Of a stretch of 64,000 nt of DNA, positions 29,247 to 38,808 are shown in pieces. The DNA comes from Candidatus Latescibacterota bacterium (lineage in GTDB: Bacteria; Latescibacterota; UBA2968; UBA8231): assembly GCA_965242865.1 (NCBI GenBank), contig CBDETK010000013.1:5184001-5248000 (forward strand). Reading direction: 5' to 3'. The position numbers and the translations under genes are program-made. A model generated the notes under the pieces. The model worked only from the letters and a program-made list of their open reading frames with translations, searched no databases and was not told where the DNA came from. Numbering within the stretch: the stretch's first letter is position 1; every line of letters starts with the position of its first letter.

Positions 29247-30575
29247 GTGGAGGCTGCTTTGCGGCGCGCCCACGCCCGCGCCATTTTTGACGCCGGGGTC
29301 GCGGCCGCCGATCCCGGCCGTTGCGTTCACCAAGCCCTCGCGGTCACCGGCGCTGAGTTGCGCTGCGGCCCGCTCCGCTTCCCGCTCAACACCATTTCCA
29401 GCCTGCGCCTAGTGGGCGCCGGCAAGGCCACCCCGGCCATGGCCACGGCCGCTGAAGCGATTCTCGGCGACCGCATTGACTGCGGGGCTATCAACGCCCC
29501 ATCCGGCTCTGCGCGACCGTTGGCGCGGGTCGAAACTTTTGCCGCTGGGCATCCGGTCCCAGACGAAGCCGGCGTAGCCGGTGCGCGCCGCCAACTCGCG
29601 CTGCTAGCTGGCTTGCCGCCCGACGCGCTGGTCCTCGGCCTCTTCTCTGGCGGCGGCTCGGCCCTGCTGCCCGCTCCGGCCGAGGGCCTAACCCTCGCAG
29701 AAAAGCAAGAAACCACCCGCCTCCTGCTCGCCTGCGGCGCGCCGATCGACGAAATCAACGCCCTGCGCAAACACCTCTCGGCCATCAAGGGCGGGTTGCT
29801 CGCCCGCGCAGCCGCGCCAGCCCGCGTCATCGCCCTCTTCCTCTCAGACGTCATCGGCGACCCCCTCGACACCATCGCCTCCGGCCCCACCCATCCAGAC
29901 GCCACGACGTTTGGCGATTGTCTGGCCATCGTCGATCGCTACGACCTGCGCCACCAGCTCCCCGCCTCAGTCCGCCAGCACCTCGAAGCCGGCGTCCGCG
30001 GTGAGCGACCGGAAACCCCCAAGCCTGGGGCCCCTTGCTTTGCCCGCGCCGAGAGCTTGGTCATTGGCAACAACCGCTTGGCCCTAGACGCGGCCGCGCA
30101 CCGAGCCCGGGCATTTGGCTACGAGGTGCTCGTCCTCACCAGCCGCTTACAGGGCGAGGCGCGCCAAGCCGCGGCCGCCTTGGTCGCCATCGCCCAAGAA
30201 ACGGCGGAAACCAACCGCCCCATCGCTCGGCCCGCCTGCCTCATCGCCGGCGGAGAGACGACCGTCACCCTGCGCGGCAACGGCAAGGGTGGGCGCAACC
30301 AAGAATTGGCCTTAGCCGCGGCCCTGCAGCTCAGCGGTTGGTCCGCCATTACCCTGCTCTCCGGCGGCACCGACGGCACCGACGGCCCCACCGATGCGGC
30401 TGGGGCCCTAGCCGACGGCCAGACCTTGAGCCGCGCCCAAGCCCAAGGGCTCGACGCCCGCGCCTTTCTCGATCGCCACGATTCCTATTCCTTCTTTGCG
30501 GCGTTGGACGACCTCGTCATCACGGGTCCTACCGGGACCAACGTCATGGATCTGCAAATCATTCTCATCGCCTGA
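29247..30575 (+). CDS. Glycerate 2-kinase (MOFRL/GckA family)
   Basis: GAGKA, HPVPD, SGGGSAL, IASGPT, GGETTV, GGRNQE, TDGTDG, TGTNVMD. Confidence 0.93.
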   Translation: MEAALRRAHARAIFDAGVAAADPGRCVHQALAVTGAELRCGPLRFPLNTISSLRLVGAGKATPAMATAAEAILGDRIDCGAINAPSGSARPLARVETFAAGHPVPDEAGVAGARRQLALLAGLPPDALVLGLFSGGGSALLPAPAEGLTLAEKQETTRLLLACGAPIDEINALRKHLSAIKGGLLARAAAPARVIALFLSDVIGDPLDTIASGPTHPDATTFGDCLAIVDRYDLRHQLPASVRQHLEAGVRGERPETPKPGAPCFARAESLVIGNNRLALDAAAHRARAFGYEVLVLTSRLQGEARQAAAALVAIAQETAETNRPIARPACLIAGGETTVTLRGNGKGGRNQELALAAALQLSGWSAITLLSGGTDGTDGPTDAAGALADGQTLSRAQAQGLDARAFLDRHDSYSFFAALDDLVITGPTGTNVMDLQIILIA

Positions 30576-30616
30576 ACATTTGACACTCGGCCCCCCTTCC
30601 GCTAGCTTTTTACACC

Positions 30617-31543
30617 ATGAGCAAGAGCCTTCTTCCGCTTGCACTCGCCCTGTTGCTGACCGGGGCGGCCCACGCGGCCTCGCGCTACGCCGGCGAGTTC
30701 CTCGGCTTGGGCGCGGGCGCTCGCGCTGCGGCCTTGGGCAGTGCTTATGTGGCTCTAGCAGACGACGCTACGGCCGGCTATTGGAATGCGGCCGGCCTAT
30801 CCGCCCTCCGCGACCGCCAAGTTCACCTGACCCATGCCGAGCACTTCTCCGGCCTCGTCCAGCGCGATTTTGTCGCCATCGCCCGGCCGGGTCGCCTGTT
30901 GCACGGCATGGCCCTGAGCTTGGTTCGCCTGGGCCTTGACGGCATTCACTTTACCGAACTGCCGGACCCGCAGCAGCCCCCCAGCACCGACAACCGCCCG
31001 CTCATTGCCTCGACCGAGCAAAGCGCCGATTACGCCCTGTATCTGTCGGGCAGTCGCCGGCTCGGGGCGCGTCTATCGCTCGGGCTCAGCGCCAAGGCCA
31101 TTTACCGCCACGTCGCCTCCATCAACGCCTACGGCTTCGGCCTCGACCTCGGGGCACGCTACCAGTTGAGCCACCAGATCGCGCTAGCGGCTAACGTGCG
31201 CGACGCGGTCACCACGCCCATCGTCTGGAATACGGACCGCACGGACCGCATCCGGCCCTCGCTGCTGCTGGGCGTCGCGTACGCCGTCCCCGTGGCCGGG
31301 GGCCAGACCACCGCCCTCCTATCCACCCGCTCCGGCGGCGATACAGCGGCCGCCGACGTCCCGCTCAACGCCGGCCTAGAATACCGCCACCCTTACATCG
31401 CCCTGCGGGCCGGGCTGGAGGAAGGCCGCCCGTCCTTTGGGCTGGGGCTTACTCCCCACCGCAACCTCGACCTCGACTTCGCCTACTTGCAGCACGATGC
31501 GCTCGAAGCAACCTACCAGTTGTCGGCCGGCTTCCGCTTCTGA
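30617..31543 (+). CDS. PorV/UPF0164-like outer-membrane beta-barrel
   Basis: Signal peptide, FLGLGAGARAAALG.A..A.ADDATA.YWN.AGL, C-terminal Phe. Confidence 0.8.
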   Translation: MSKSLLPLALALLLTGAAHAASRYAGEFLGLGAGARAAALGSAYVALADDATAGYWNAAGLSALRDRQVHLTHAEHFSGLVQRDFVAIARPGRLLHGMALSLVRLGLDGIHFTELPDPQQPPSTDNRPLIASTEQSADYALYLSGSRRLGARLSLGLSAKAIYRHVASINAYGFGLDLGARYQLSHQIALAANVRDAVTTPIVWNTDRTDRIRPSLLLGVAYAVPVAGGQTTALLSTRSGGDTAAADVPLNAGLEYRHPYIALRAGLEEGRPSFGLGLTPHRNLDLDFAYLQHDALEATYQLSAGFRF

Positions 31544-32423
31544 GCAACCCCGCGTCGGCTACGTAGCCCTAACCGGCCGCCCCAACGCGGGCAAATCCAC
31601 CCTCTTCAACGCCTTCTTGGGGCAGCGACTCTCCATCGTCACCGCCAAACCGCAGACCACTCGCAGCCGCATCCTCGGCATTCTCACCCGCCCCCAGAGC
31701 CAGATAATTTTTTTGGATACGCCGGGCCTGCTCAACGCCTCCTACAAGCTGCACGAGACCATGCTGCACCAGATCGACCAAGCCGCCCGCCAAGCCGACC
31801 TAGTCTTGCTGCTGTTCGACGCGACTCGCCCCAAGGACCGCAGCGCATTGGTGCAGCACTTCCTAGCGCACACCCGCGCCCCCGTTTTGGCCGCGCTCAA
31901 CAAAATTGACCTAGTCCAACCCACCCAGCTAGACGCCTTGCAAAAAAGTCTGGCGGACGAGTTCGGCATCGCAAGCCCGATCCCGGTTTCCGCGCGGCGC
32001 GGCGATGGACTCGGCAAACTGCTGGCGCGCCTAGAGGCCGAGCTGCCCTGCGGCCCCAAGCTCTACCCGGACGACATGGTCGCCGAACAGCCCGAGCGGT
32101 TTTTTGCCGCCGAGCGCATCCGCGAGGTCGCTTTTGAGCATCTCGAAGACGAGCTTCCCTACATGATCAATGTCCACCTTGAGGAATTTCGCCAGCGCAC
32201 AGGCCGCAAAACGTACATTCGCGCCATTCTCTACGTCGGGCGCGAGAGCCAAAAGGGCATCGTCATCGGCAAGCGAGGAACGCGCCTGCGGTCCATCGGC
32301 CGCCAAGCGCGAGCCGCCGTAGAGGAGCTACTCGACGCGCCCGTCTATATCGACCTGTGGGTAAAAGTCCGCCCAAACTGGCGCGACAAAGAGCGCGATC
32401 TGCGGGAGTTTGGGTATCGCTAG
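31497..32423 (+). CDS. era: GTPase Era (start uncertain)
   Basis: GRPNAGKST, PQTTR, DTPG, NKID, KH domain SQKGIVIGK. Confidence 0.95.
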   Translation: MRSKQPTSCRPASASEQPRVGYVALTGRPNAGKSTLFNAFLGQRLSIVTAKPQTTRSRILGILTRPQSQIIFLDTPGLLNASYKLHETMLHQIDQAARQADLVLLLFDATRPKDRSALVQHFLAHTRAPVLAALNKIDLVQPTQLDALQKSLADEFGIASPIPVSARRGDGLGKLLARLEAELPCGPKLYPDDMVAEQPERFFAAERIREVAFEHLEDELPYMINVHLEEFRQRTGRKTYIRAILYVGRESQKGIVIGKRGTRLRSIGRQARAAVEELLDAPVYIDLWVKVRPNWRDKERDLREFGYR

Positions 32424-32438
32424 GGCAAGGCGCGGCGA

Positions 32439-32852
32439 TTAGGACTTGAGCAACGTTATGCTCATCATTGGAAAATGTTGATCGAAGGCAAACGCTTGAT
32501 CGATTCTATGCTTGCGACAAACAGCAAAACTAGTGCAATCGGTGAACGATAGTTTTACTGAATTGTATTGACAAAAAATCCGCTTGGCTTCTCCAAACAG
32601 AGTACTATCAATTTTTTCGACCATTAAACTACCTGCACTTTCATAGCGTTCAATATGGTTAAGAAATTCCACGGCTAGCGCGTGATTCGCTTTACGCCGA
32701 ATAAACGTTGTGGTCTCACCAATCACGTAATCTGTCGTTAAAAATTGAACGCTCTGCCTTCCTAGGTCGTCGTAAATTTTCAAAGCGTCTTCATGGTGTT
32801 GATCGTTCCGATCTAAATAGGCGACCCAAGCCCCTGTATCGACAAAAATCAT
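32439..32852 (-). CDS. PIN-domain (VapC-like) ribonuclease toxin
   Basis: IFVDTGAW, D.HH, TTDYVIGET, SFTDCTSF, AFAFDQHF; acidic PIN residues intact. Confidence 0.92.
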   Translation of the reverse strand: MIFVDTGAWVAYLDRNDQHHEDALKIYDDLGRQSVQFLTTDYVIGETTTFIRRKANHALAVEFLNHIERYESAGSLMVEKIDSTLFGEAKRIFCQYNSVKLSFTDCTSFAVCRKHRIDQAFAFDQHFPMMSITLLKS

Positions 32853-35800
32853 GGTTTTGAATCCAGCCCATAAATAATTTGGTCGTGGTTGAGAGAGCCA
32901 TCGGTTCGGTCCGATTCATAGGCTCCAGCCAACTCGCGAAAAACTTCATACCCTTCTTTTCTTTTGGTGAAAATGTTGGCCGCTTCCAACTTAGGTAACT
33001 CCTTCACAATCGCCACCGTCTCCACACTCACCGCGATCACCTTCCCGAGCAGCTTGACGATGTACTGCGGATCATCCGACCGATTCGGGTCGTTGACAAT
33101 GCCGCTGCGCTCATCCGTCTTGACGGCATATTGATCGACGACCCATTCCAACGCCGACCGATTGCCCAGCCGATAGTCAAACGCCGCGGGCGGAATGCCA
33201 ACCAGCGTCAAGAAGTCGTTGTACTGAATCTGTGTCTTGTCTTTGGACAGCCGCATCTTTGCGACGCGCCAGTCGAGCGGCAAGTCTGGATCTTCAACGA
33301 ACTCAAGCTGATATTCGGGCACCTCTTCATAGCTAACGTGAATCTCGGCCAGCCGCTTTCCCGCTTTCGCATAAGCCCAAAAATTTGGCTCGTAGGGAAT
33401 GCGCGGCAATGCGCGCTTGAGATTGGCTTGATACCGAGCGCGGTATTGCGGGTGGTGCAACAAGCCATACACATAATGGAAAATGTCCCATTTGCCGATG
33501 GCGTCGTCTCGGTAGTTCAAGCGGAATCGCGCCAACGTTGTATCTGTTATGTTCTCGCGGCGGTTGATGCCGTCTGCGTCGTAAATGTAAAAGGGAAAGC
33601 ATTGGGAACTGTCGAGGGAGGTCAACGCCAAGCAGGGGATCATATCGGTGCAAAAACACCAATAAGCAGTACGGCCTCCAGCCCCCGGAACGATGATCAC
33701 CTGATTTTCCGCTTCAGTCTCTGGCGTGGGAAAAATAGACGGAAATACTCCCACTCTATCGTTCATCATTCTGTCAAAGTAAAAATTCGATTTTGTAAAG
33801 GGTCGATAGAGCGAACATCGCATTTTTTTGGGGGCGAATTCTGCGATTTTTCCGCTCTTCAGCTTATTTTTTAATGTTGAACTCCACTTGATTTTTGCGT
33901 CATCATACTCGACAAAGTCATCAACCTTCGTCTTTTTATCGGTCCGTTCCCATCTATCGACCTCTGCGTTATAAACACCAATCATCCGCTGGATCTTCGC
34001 AGCGAGCGCAGCTCGGTTAAAGTCGTACACCCAAGCGTCTCGCCCGGTATTGACGCCGCTGCTATACGTCTGAAAAATCACCGCCTCCTTGCTCTTGCCC
34101 GCCTTCGCTTCTTTGCTGCCCAGCGGAAGAAACGCAGCAAATTCCCGGTTTTGCAGCCCCTCGGTAAGCCAAGTATGTCGCTCGTCCGGTACTACCTCCT
34201 TCCATTCCACATTCCCGCAATGCCCCTTCTCATCGAGATAGCGATACTTCTCCTCCTTGCGCCAGTCCTTCTCGACACCGAAATAGAAAATTTTCGCCGC
34301 GGTCGCCGCACGATCGCTCCTTTTTACAAACAGGTTGATACTCACTCCAACCTGAATTCCAAAGACATTGTGAGTGGTCCCTGAGAGCTTTGGATTCTTG
34401 CGAACATTTCCACCCAAATCGAGCACGTATATTGCATCGAAATCGTCTGCGAGGTGTTTTCGCATCCCGTCAAACGCTATCCCATCGAGAAAACCATTAT
34501 TCGTTACAAATGCGACGATACCTTCCGCGCCGATCCGATCCGCAGCCCACCGAATCGCCTTTGTGTACGGGTCTTGTAGCTGCCTTTTAAGCGTCGCCTT
34601 AGAATCCTTGGCATACGTAGCCTTCACCCGCGCATCCATCGTCTCGTACTGCCGATTCTTGTTGTTGTCATTCTCGTTGACTTGACCGACATTGTAGGGC
34701 GGATTGCCGATAATCACAAACATCGGCGTCTCCTTCTGCCGTTCAACACGCGCCGTATTCTCCGCCGTAAATAGGGCCATTTGCACTTCTTCTGCCAACT
34801 CGAACGTATCCACCAAGCATATTCCCGCAAATGGCTGATAATATCCCATTGCCTCGTAAAATTCGTGCTCGATGTTCATGCTCGCGATGTAATACGGCAG
34901 CAACATCACCTCATTGCAGTGCAGATCGGAAGCATACTTACCTTCAAGCGAGGTCTTGCGAATCGCGCGCATCGTGCGGGCGATAAAATTGCCGGTGCCG
35001 ACAAACGGATCGATGATGTGAACGCCGGCGTCGGAAAGCGAGCGGCCAAATTCGGCCTTTAGAATGTGCTCGACACTTCGCACCATAAAATCGACGATCG
35101 ACTGCGGCGTGTACACAATCCCGTGCGTATCGGCGATCTCGACTGAAAAACCCTGAAAAAACTGCTCGTACACCGCGTTGAGGAAATGCTGCTTTTGGGC
35201 AAAGTCGCCGATAGTGCTCCCAGTGCGCTCAATCGCAGCGTAGAAGCGGTCGAGGCTTTGCAGGAAACCGGCGCGGTTAAAGGACCGCGACGTGAGGGCG
35301 TCAATAACCTTTTCGATCTCGGCGGCGATGACATTGCGGCGCGTAAAGTCTGGGTTGCTGAACACCGTGCGGAAAATCCGCTCGGTCAAAAGGTGCTGGA
35401 TGAGCATCTCCTCGACCGCTGCGTCCGCGAGGTTTGGATTGATCGACGAGCGACATTTGGCGAGAAAATCGGCAAAGGCGGTGGCAAACCCACGATTGTT
35501 TTGCCGTTCCCGCTGAATTTTCGCCGCCAACCCACGCCCGATCGCCGGCACCTTGCCCTTGAACTGCGCGACCGCCGCTTCCCATTCGGCGATCGCCTGC
35601 GGGCGGTGCGAAAAAAAGGCTGTAAGCGTCTCGATCAGCCGTTGTGGATCGGTCACATCCTCGTCTAAAACAGGCTCGCCGCGTTGCCAAAGAATCGCCC
35701 GAGCCGGCGTCTGAAACAGGATGTTGTCGCTGGGATACCCGGCCGCAAACTTGCGCTGCACCTCGGCTTGCAAGTCATCGTCCATATCCTTGGCTTCCCA

Positions 35801-36049
35801 AACCCCGTGCAGCAAGTTAAAATCGTCGATCAACGCGCCATCGACGACGATTCGCCTATTGCGACCACAAGCGATGGCATACTCGGGAACGAGCGTCCAG
35901 TTGACCTGTCGCCCACACCATTCGAGCAGTGCTTGAAACGCCGAGCGCACCGAGGTTTCATTCGTCACCCCAAGCCGCTCAAATTGCTCAAGCGATTCGT
36001 AGTACGCCTTAACGGGCTTATGCGTTGATTTGAGCTTGAGCGTCGGCAT
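32849..36049 (-). CDS. Helicase-less Type ISP-like restriction-modification enzyme with a C-terminal antitoxin-like extension
   Basis: N-terminal VDG..WEAKD nuclease; GIVYTP, DPFVGTGNF, GNPPY MTase; LlaBIII-like C-terminal domain ending VSVETVAIVKELP; extra 45-aa tail. Confidence 0.88.
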   Translation of the reverse strand: MPTLKLKSTHKPVKAYYESLEQFERLGVTNETSVRSAFQALLEWCGRQVNWTLVPEYAIACGRNRRIVVDGALIDDFNLLHGVWEAKDMDDDLQAEVQRKFAAGYPSDNILFQTPARAILWQRGEPVLDEDVTDPQRLIETLTAFFSHRPQAIAEWEAAVAQFKGKVPAIGRGLAAKIQRERQNNRGFATAFADFLAKCRSSINPNLADAAVEEMLIQHLLTERIFRTVFSNPDFTRRNVIAAEIEKVIDALTSRSFNRAGFLQSLDRFYAAIERTGSTIGDFAQKQHFLNAVYEQFFQGFSVEIADTHGIVYTPQSIVDFMVRSVEHILKAEFGRSLSDAGVHIIDPFVGTGNFIARTMRAIRKTSLEGKYASDLHCNEVMLLPYYIASMNIEHEFYEAMGYYQPFAGICLVDTFELAEEVQMALFTAENTARVERQKETPMFVIIGNPPYNVGQVNENDNNKNRQYETMDARVKATYAKDSKATLKRQLQDPYTKAIRWAADRIGAEGIVAFVTNNGFLDGIAFDGMRKHLADDFDAIYVLDLGGNVRKNPKLSGTTHNVFGIQVGVSINLFVKRSDRAATAAKIFYFGVEKDWRKEEKYRYLDEKGHCGNVEWKEVVPDERHTWLTEGLQNREFAAFLPLGSKEAKAGKSKEAVIFQTYSSGVNTGRDAWVYDFNRAALAAKIQRMIGVYNAEVDRWERTDKKTKVDDFVEYDDAKIKWSSTLKNKLKSGKIAEFAPKKMRCSLYRPFTKSNFYFDRMMNDRVGVFPSIFPTPETEAENQVIIVPGAGGRTAYWCFCTDMIPCLALTSLDSSQCFPFYIYDADGINRRENITDTTLARFRLNYRDDAIGKWDIFHYVYGLLHHPQYRARYQANLKRALPRIPYEPNFWAYAKAGKRLAEIHVSYEEVPEYQLEFVEDPDLPLDWRVAKMRLSKDKTQIQYNDFLTLVGIPPAAFDYRLGNRSALEWVVDQYAVKTDERSGIVNDPNRSDDPQYIVKLLGKVIAVSVETVAIVKELPKLEAANIFTKRKEGYEVFRELAGAYESDRTDGSLNHDQIIYGLDSKP

Positions 36050-36075
36050 AGCAAACCTCCATTTCAGAATCTGTC

Positions 36076-37419
36076 CTAAAACCTGCTGCGATTCAGTACG
36101 GCCCCCAGGCGCGGAAGAATCCGCGTCGGGACGAGGCGGCGATATTCATCCCAATACGCGCCATACTTTTGCTGGCAGCGCTCTTCGTCGCGCCGGGCGC
36201 GATGCAGCAGCAAAACGGTCAGAACAATCACGTAAAAATAGGGCAGGACATGCGAAAACAGGGCCGGCACCGTCCAAAAGAAGGCCGCCAAAATCTCCGG
36301 CGCGTAGTGAAAGTGCCGCGCCACGCCCCACCAACCGGACGCCAACAAAATGGTCTCTTTCTCCACGCCGTCTTCCGCGCAGTACTTGGCGACAATGAGC
36401 CGCGGCTTTTTCCCCCAGATCGTGCATTTGCCGCCCGTTGCCCGCACTACTTGACGTTGCCTATCGGCAAAGTAGTTGATCATCACCGCCCCTACTCCCA
36501 ACACCGCGATCGCGGTCGACCACGCCATACCGAGCTGATGCGGGTGATGCACCAAGTACAAAATGGGCGACGTATAAATCGCCGGCACCCACACCAAACA
36601 CCCCCAGCAAGTCATAAATCCGGCCCGGTCGTGCATGATGTCAATCGAACAGAGATAACCCGTTTCCCATACAAAAAATTTGACCAAGTAAGTCAGCATG
36701 ACGATTAGGGCCACCACCATTGAATCGCTCAAACCGCCGAGCTCGGCCTGCTTGGCCGCAAACGACAACACAATGATCGGCCACCCCATCATGCCAAAGC
36801 GACAATTGGTAAACATCTTGACGTCCCAGCCCAAGATGCGCGGGTACAGTTCCGTTCCCCAGTAATAATCGAAAATAAAATTGCCGCTCCGACCGTCCGA
36901 CCCCGAGGGAAAAAACCGGCCCTTGTAGTACAGCAACAAACAGAACGCCAAACCAAAGACATTCAACGCGCCGATAATGCCCGCAAAGTTGTCATAGACG
37001 ATCGTCGGCTCAAACCAATGGAACGCAAAGCCACCCAACAGGAACAAGCCCAGCGAAATCAAAAAACACGCCAAGCCATTGGCGCTGTACACCGGCACAT
37101 AGCCCTTCGGCGTAGTCGGCCCGCAAAAGCGCGGCCCCGGCACCACGCGCATCAACAACAATTGCACCGCAGCAAAAGTGCCGATGATTTTCCAGCCGGC
37201 CGCCGTGCCCCAGACGACCGGCTCCCAGACAGACACCAGTTTTGCAAAAAAACCAACGGCGATGACCTGCTCTACGAAAGATGCCACCGAGCCTTGGTGG
37301 TTCACATTGATCTCCCACATCAACAAGGCCGTTGAGGGGCAGCAAATCAGCAAGAACAGCGGCGCCAATGTATGGTGAAAAAGATGTCGTATTTTACTCT
37401 TCTTAGCTTGAGTATCCAT
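36076..37419 (-). CDS. Sterol Delta7-reductase (DHCR7/DWF5, ERG4/ERG24 family)
   Basis: Multi-TM; DYYWGTELYPR, FTNCRFGMMGW, DIMHDRAGF..WG.LVWVP, LLASGWWGVARHFHY, RARRDEERC..KYG.YW.EY..VP. Confidence 0.92.
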   Translation of the reverse strand: MDTQAKKSKIRHLFHHTLAPLFLLICCPSTALLMWEINVNHQGSVASFVEQVIAVGFFAKLVSVWEPVVWGTAAGWKIIGTFAAVQLLLMRVVPGPRFCGPTTPKGYVPVYSANGLACFLISLGLFLLGGFAFHWFEPTIVYDNFAGIIGALNVFGLAFCLLLYYKGRFFPSGSDGRSGNFIFDYYWGTELYPRILGWDVKMFTNCRFGMMGWPIIVLSFAAKQAELGGLSDSMVVALIVMLTYLVKFFVWETGYLCSIDIMHDRAGFMTCWGCLVWVPAIYTSPILYLVHHPHQLGMAWSTAIAVLGVGAVMINYFADRQRQVVRATGGKCTIWGKKPRLIVAKYCAEDGVEKETILLASGWWGVARHFHYAPEILAAFFWTVPALFSHVLPYFYVIVLTVLLLHRARRDEERCQQKYGAYWDEYRRLVPTRILPRLGAVLNRSRF

Positions 37420-37498
37420 TCGTCTGTCCCGTTTTCAGTGCCCTGCTCGTTGCTCACAAGCAAAATTAACGTAGATTTTACCCAAAAAGGAAACCTCT

Positions 37499-38806
37499 AT
37501 GAACGTCCTAGTCGTCGGCAAGGGAGGGCGCGAACACGCCCTCGTGTGGAAGTTGGCCCAGAGCCAGCGCATCGACAAACTCTACGTCGCCCCGGGCAAC
37601 CCCGGCATGGCCGCCCTCGCCGAATGCGTGGATATTCGCGTGGATACCCCGGTGGCCGAGCGCGACAAACTCGTCGGCGAAATCAAGCGCCTCGTCGCCT
37701 TTGCCCACGAGCGGCAAATCGGGCTGACCGTCGTCGGCCCAGACGACGCCCTCGCCGGCGGCATCGTCGATCGCTTCCGCGCCAGCGGCCTTGCCATCTT
37801 CGGCCCCACGGAAGCCGCCGCCCGCATCGAAAGCAGTAAAGTCTTTGCCAAAGAGCTAATGGAGCGCGTCGGCGTCCCCACCGCTCGGCACCAGAGCTTC
37901 ACTGACAGCCAAGCCGCCAGTGCTTACATCCGCGCACAGGGAGCCCCGATCGTGGTCAAGGCCAGCGGTTTAGCGGCCGGCAAGGGCGCGGTCGTCTGCC
38001 AGACCGTAGATCAAGCCCTCGTAGCCGCGCACGACATGCTCGACAAAGAGGCCCTAGGCGGAGCCGGCCACCAGATCGTCGTCGAGGAATACATGGCCGG
38101 CGAGGAAGCCTCGCTCTTTGCACTCTGCGACGGCGAGCATTTTATCACCTTGCCCCCCGCTCAAGACCACAAAGCCATCTACGAAGGCGACCAAGGCCCC
38201 AATACCGGCGGTATGGGGGCCTACGCTCCGGCACCCGCGATGACGCCGGCCTTGGTGCGCGCAGCCGAGGAGCGCGTCATCCGGCCCGTGCTCGCCGAAA
38301 TGCGCCGGCTGGGCACCCCGTACCAAGGCGTGCTGTACTGCGGGCTGATGTGCATCGACGCCAGCGTCAAAGTTGTAGAGTTCAACGCCCGCTTCGGCGA
38401 CCCCGAATGCCAAATTCTCATGCCCCTGCTCAAAACCGACCTCGTCGATTTGCTCGCGGCCGCCTGCGACGGTCGCCTAGACCAAGTGCAAGTCGAATGC
38501 ACACCCGGGGCGGCCGTCTGCGTAGTCATGGCTTCAGACGGCTATCCGGGCACTTACGAAAAAGGCTTGGAGATCCGCGGCTTGGAGGCTTTTGCCGGCC
38601 GCGACGATCTCCTCGTCTTTCACGCCGGCACCGCCCAACGCGATGGCCGCTTCTTTACCGATGGTGGCCGGGTGCTCGGGGTGACCGCTACGGACGCCGA
38701 TCTCCAAGCCGCGGTCGCCAAAGCCTACTCGGCCGTCGATCAGATCGCCTTTGACAACGCCTATTGCCGCCGCGACATCGCCTATCGGGCCTTGGGTCGC
38801 GCCTGA
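37499..38806 (+). CDS. purD: Phosphoribosylamine-glycine ligase
   Basis: GGREHAL, APGNPG, KASGLAAGKG, QDHK..GPNTGGMG, EFNARFGDPE. Confidence 0.97.
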   Translation: MNVLVVGKGGREHALVWKLAQSQRIDKLYVAPGNPGMAALAECVDIRVDTPVAERDKLVGEIKRLVAFAHERQIGLTVVGPDDALAGGIVDRFRASGLAIFGPTEAAARIESSKVFAKELMERVGVPTARHQSFTDSQAASAYIRAQGAPIVVKASGLAAGKGAVVCQTVDQALVAAHDMLDKEALGGAGHQIVVEEYMAGEEASLFALCDGEHFITLPPAQDHKAIYEGDQGPNTGGMGAYAPAPAMTPALVRAAEERVIRPVLAEMRRLGTPYQGVLYCGLMCIDASVKVVEFNARFGDPECQILMPLLKTDLVDLLAAACDGRLDQVQVECTPGAAVCVVMASDGYPGTYEKGLEIRGLEAFAGRDDLLVFHAGTAQRDGRFFTDGGRVLGVTATDADLQAAVAKAYSAVDQIAFDNAYCRRDIAYRALGRA

Positions 38807-38808
38807 GC

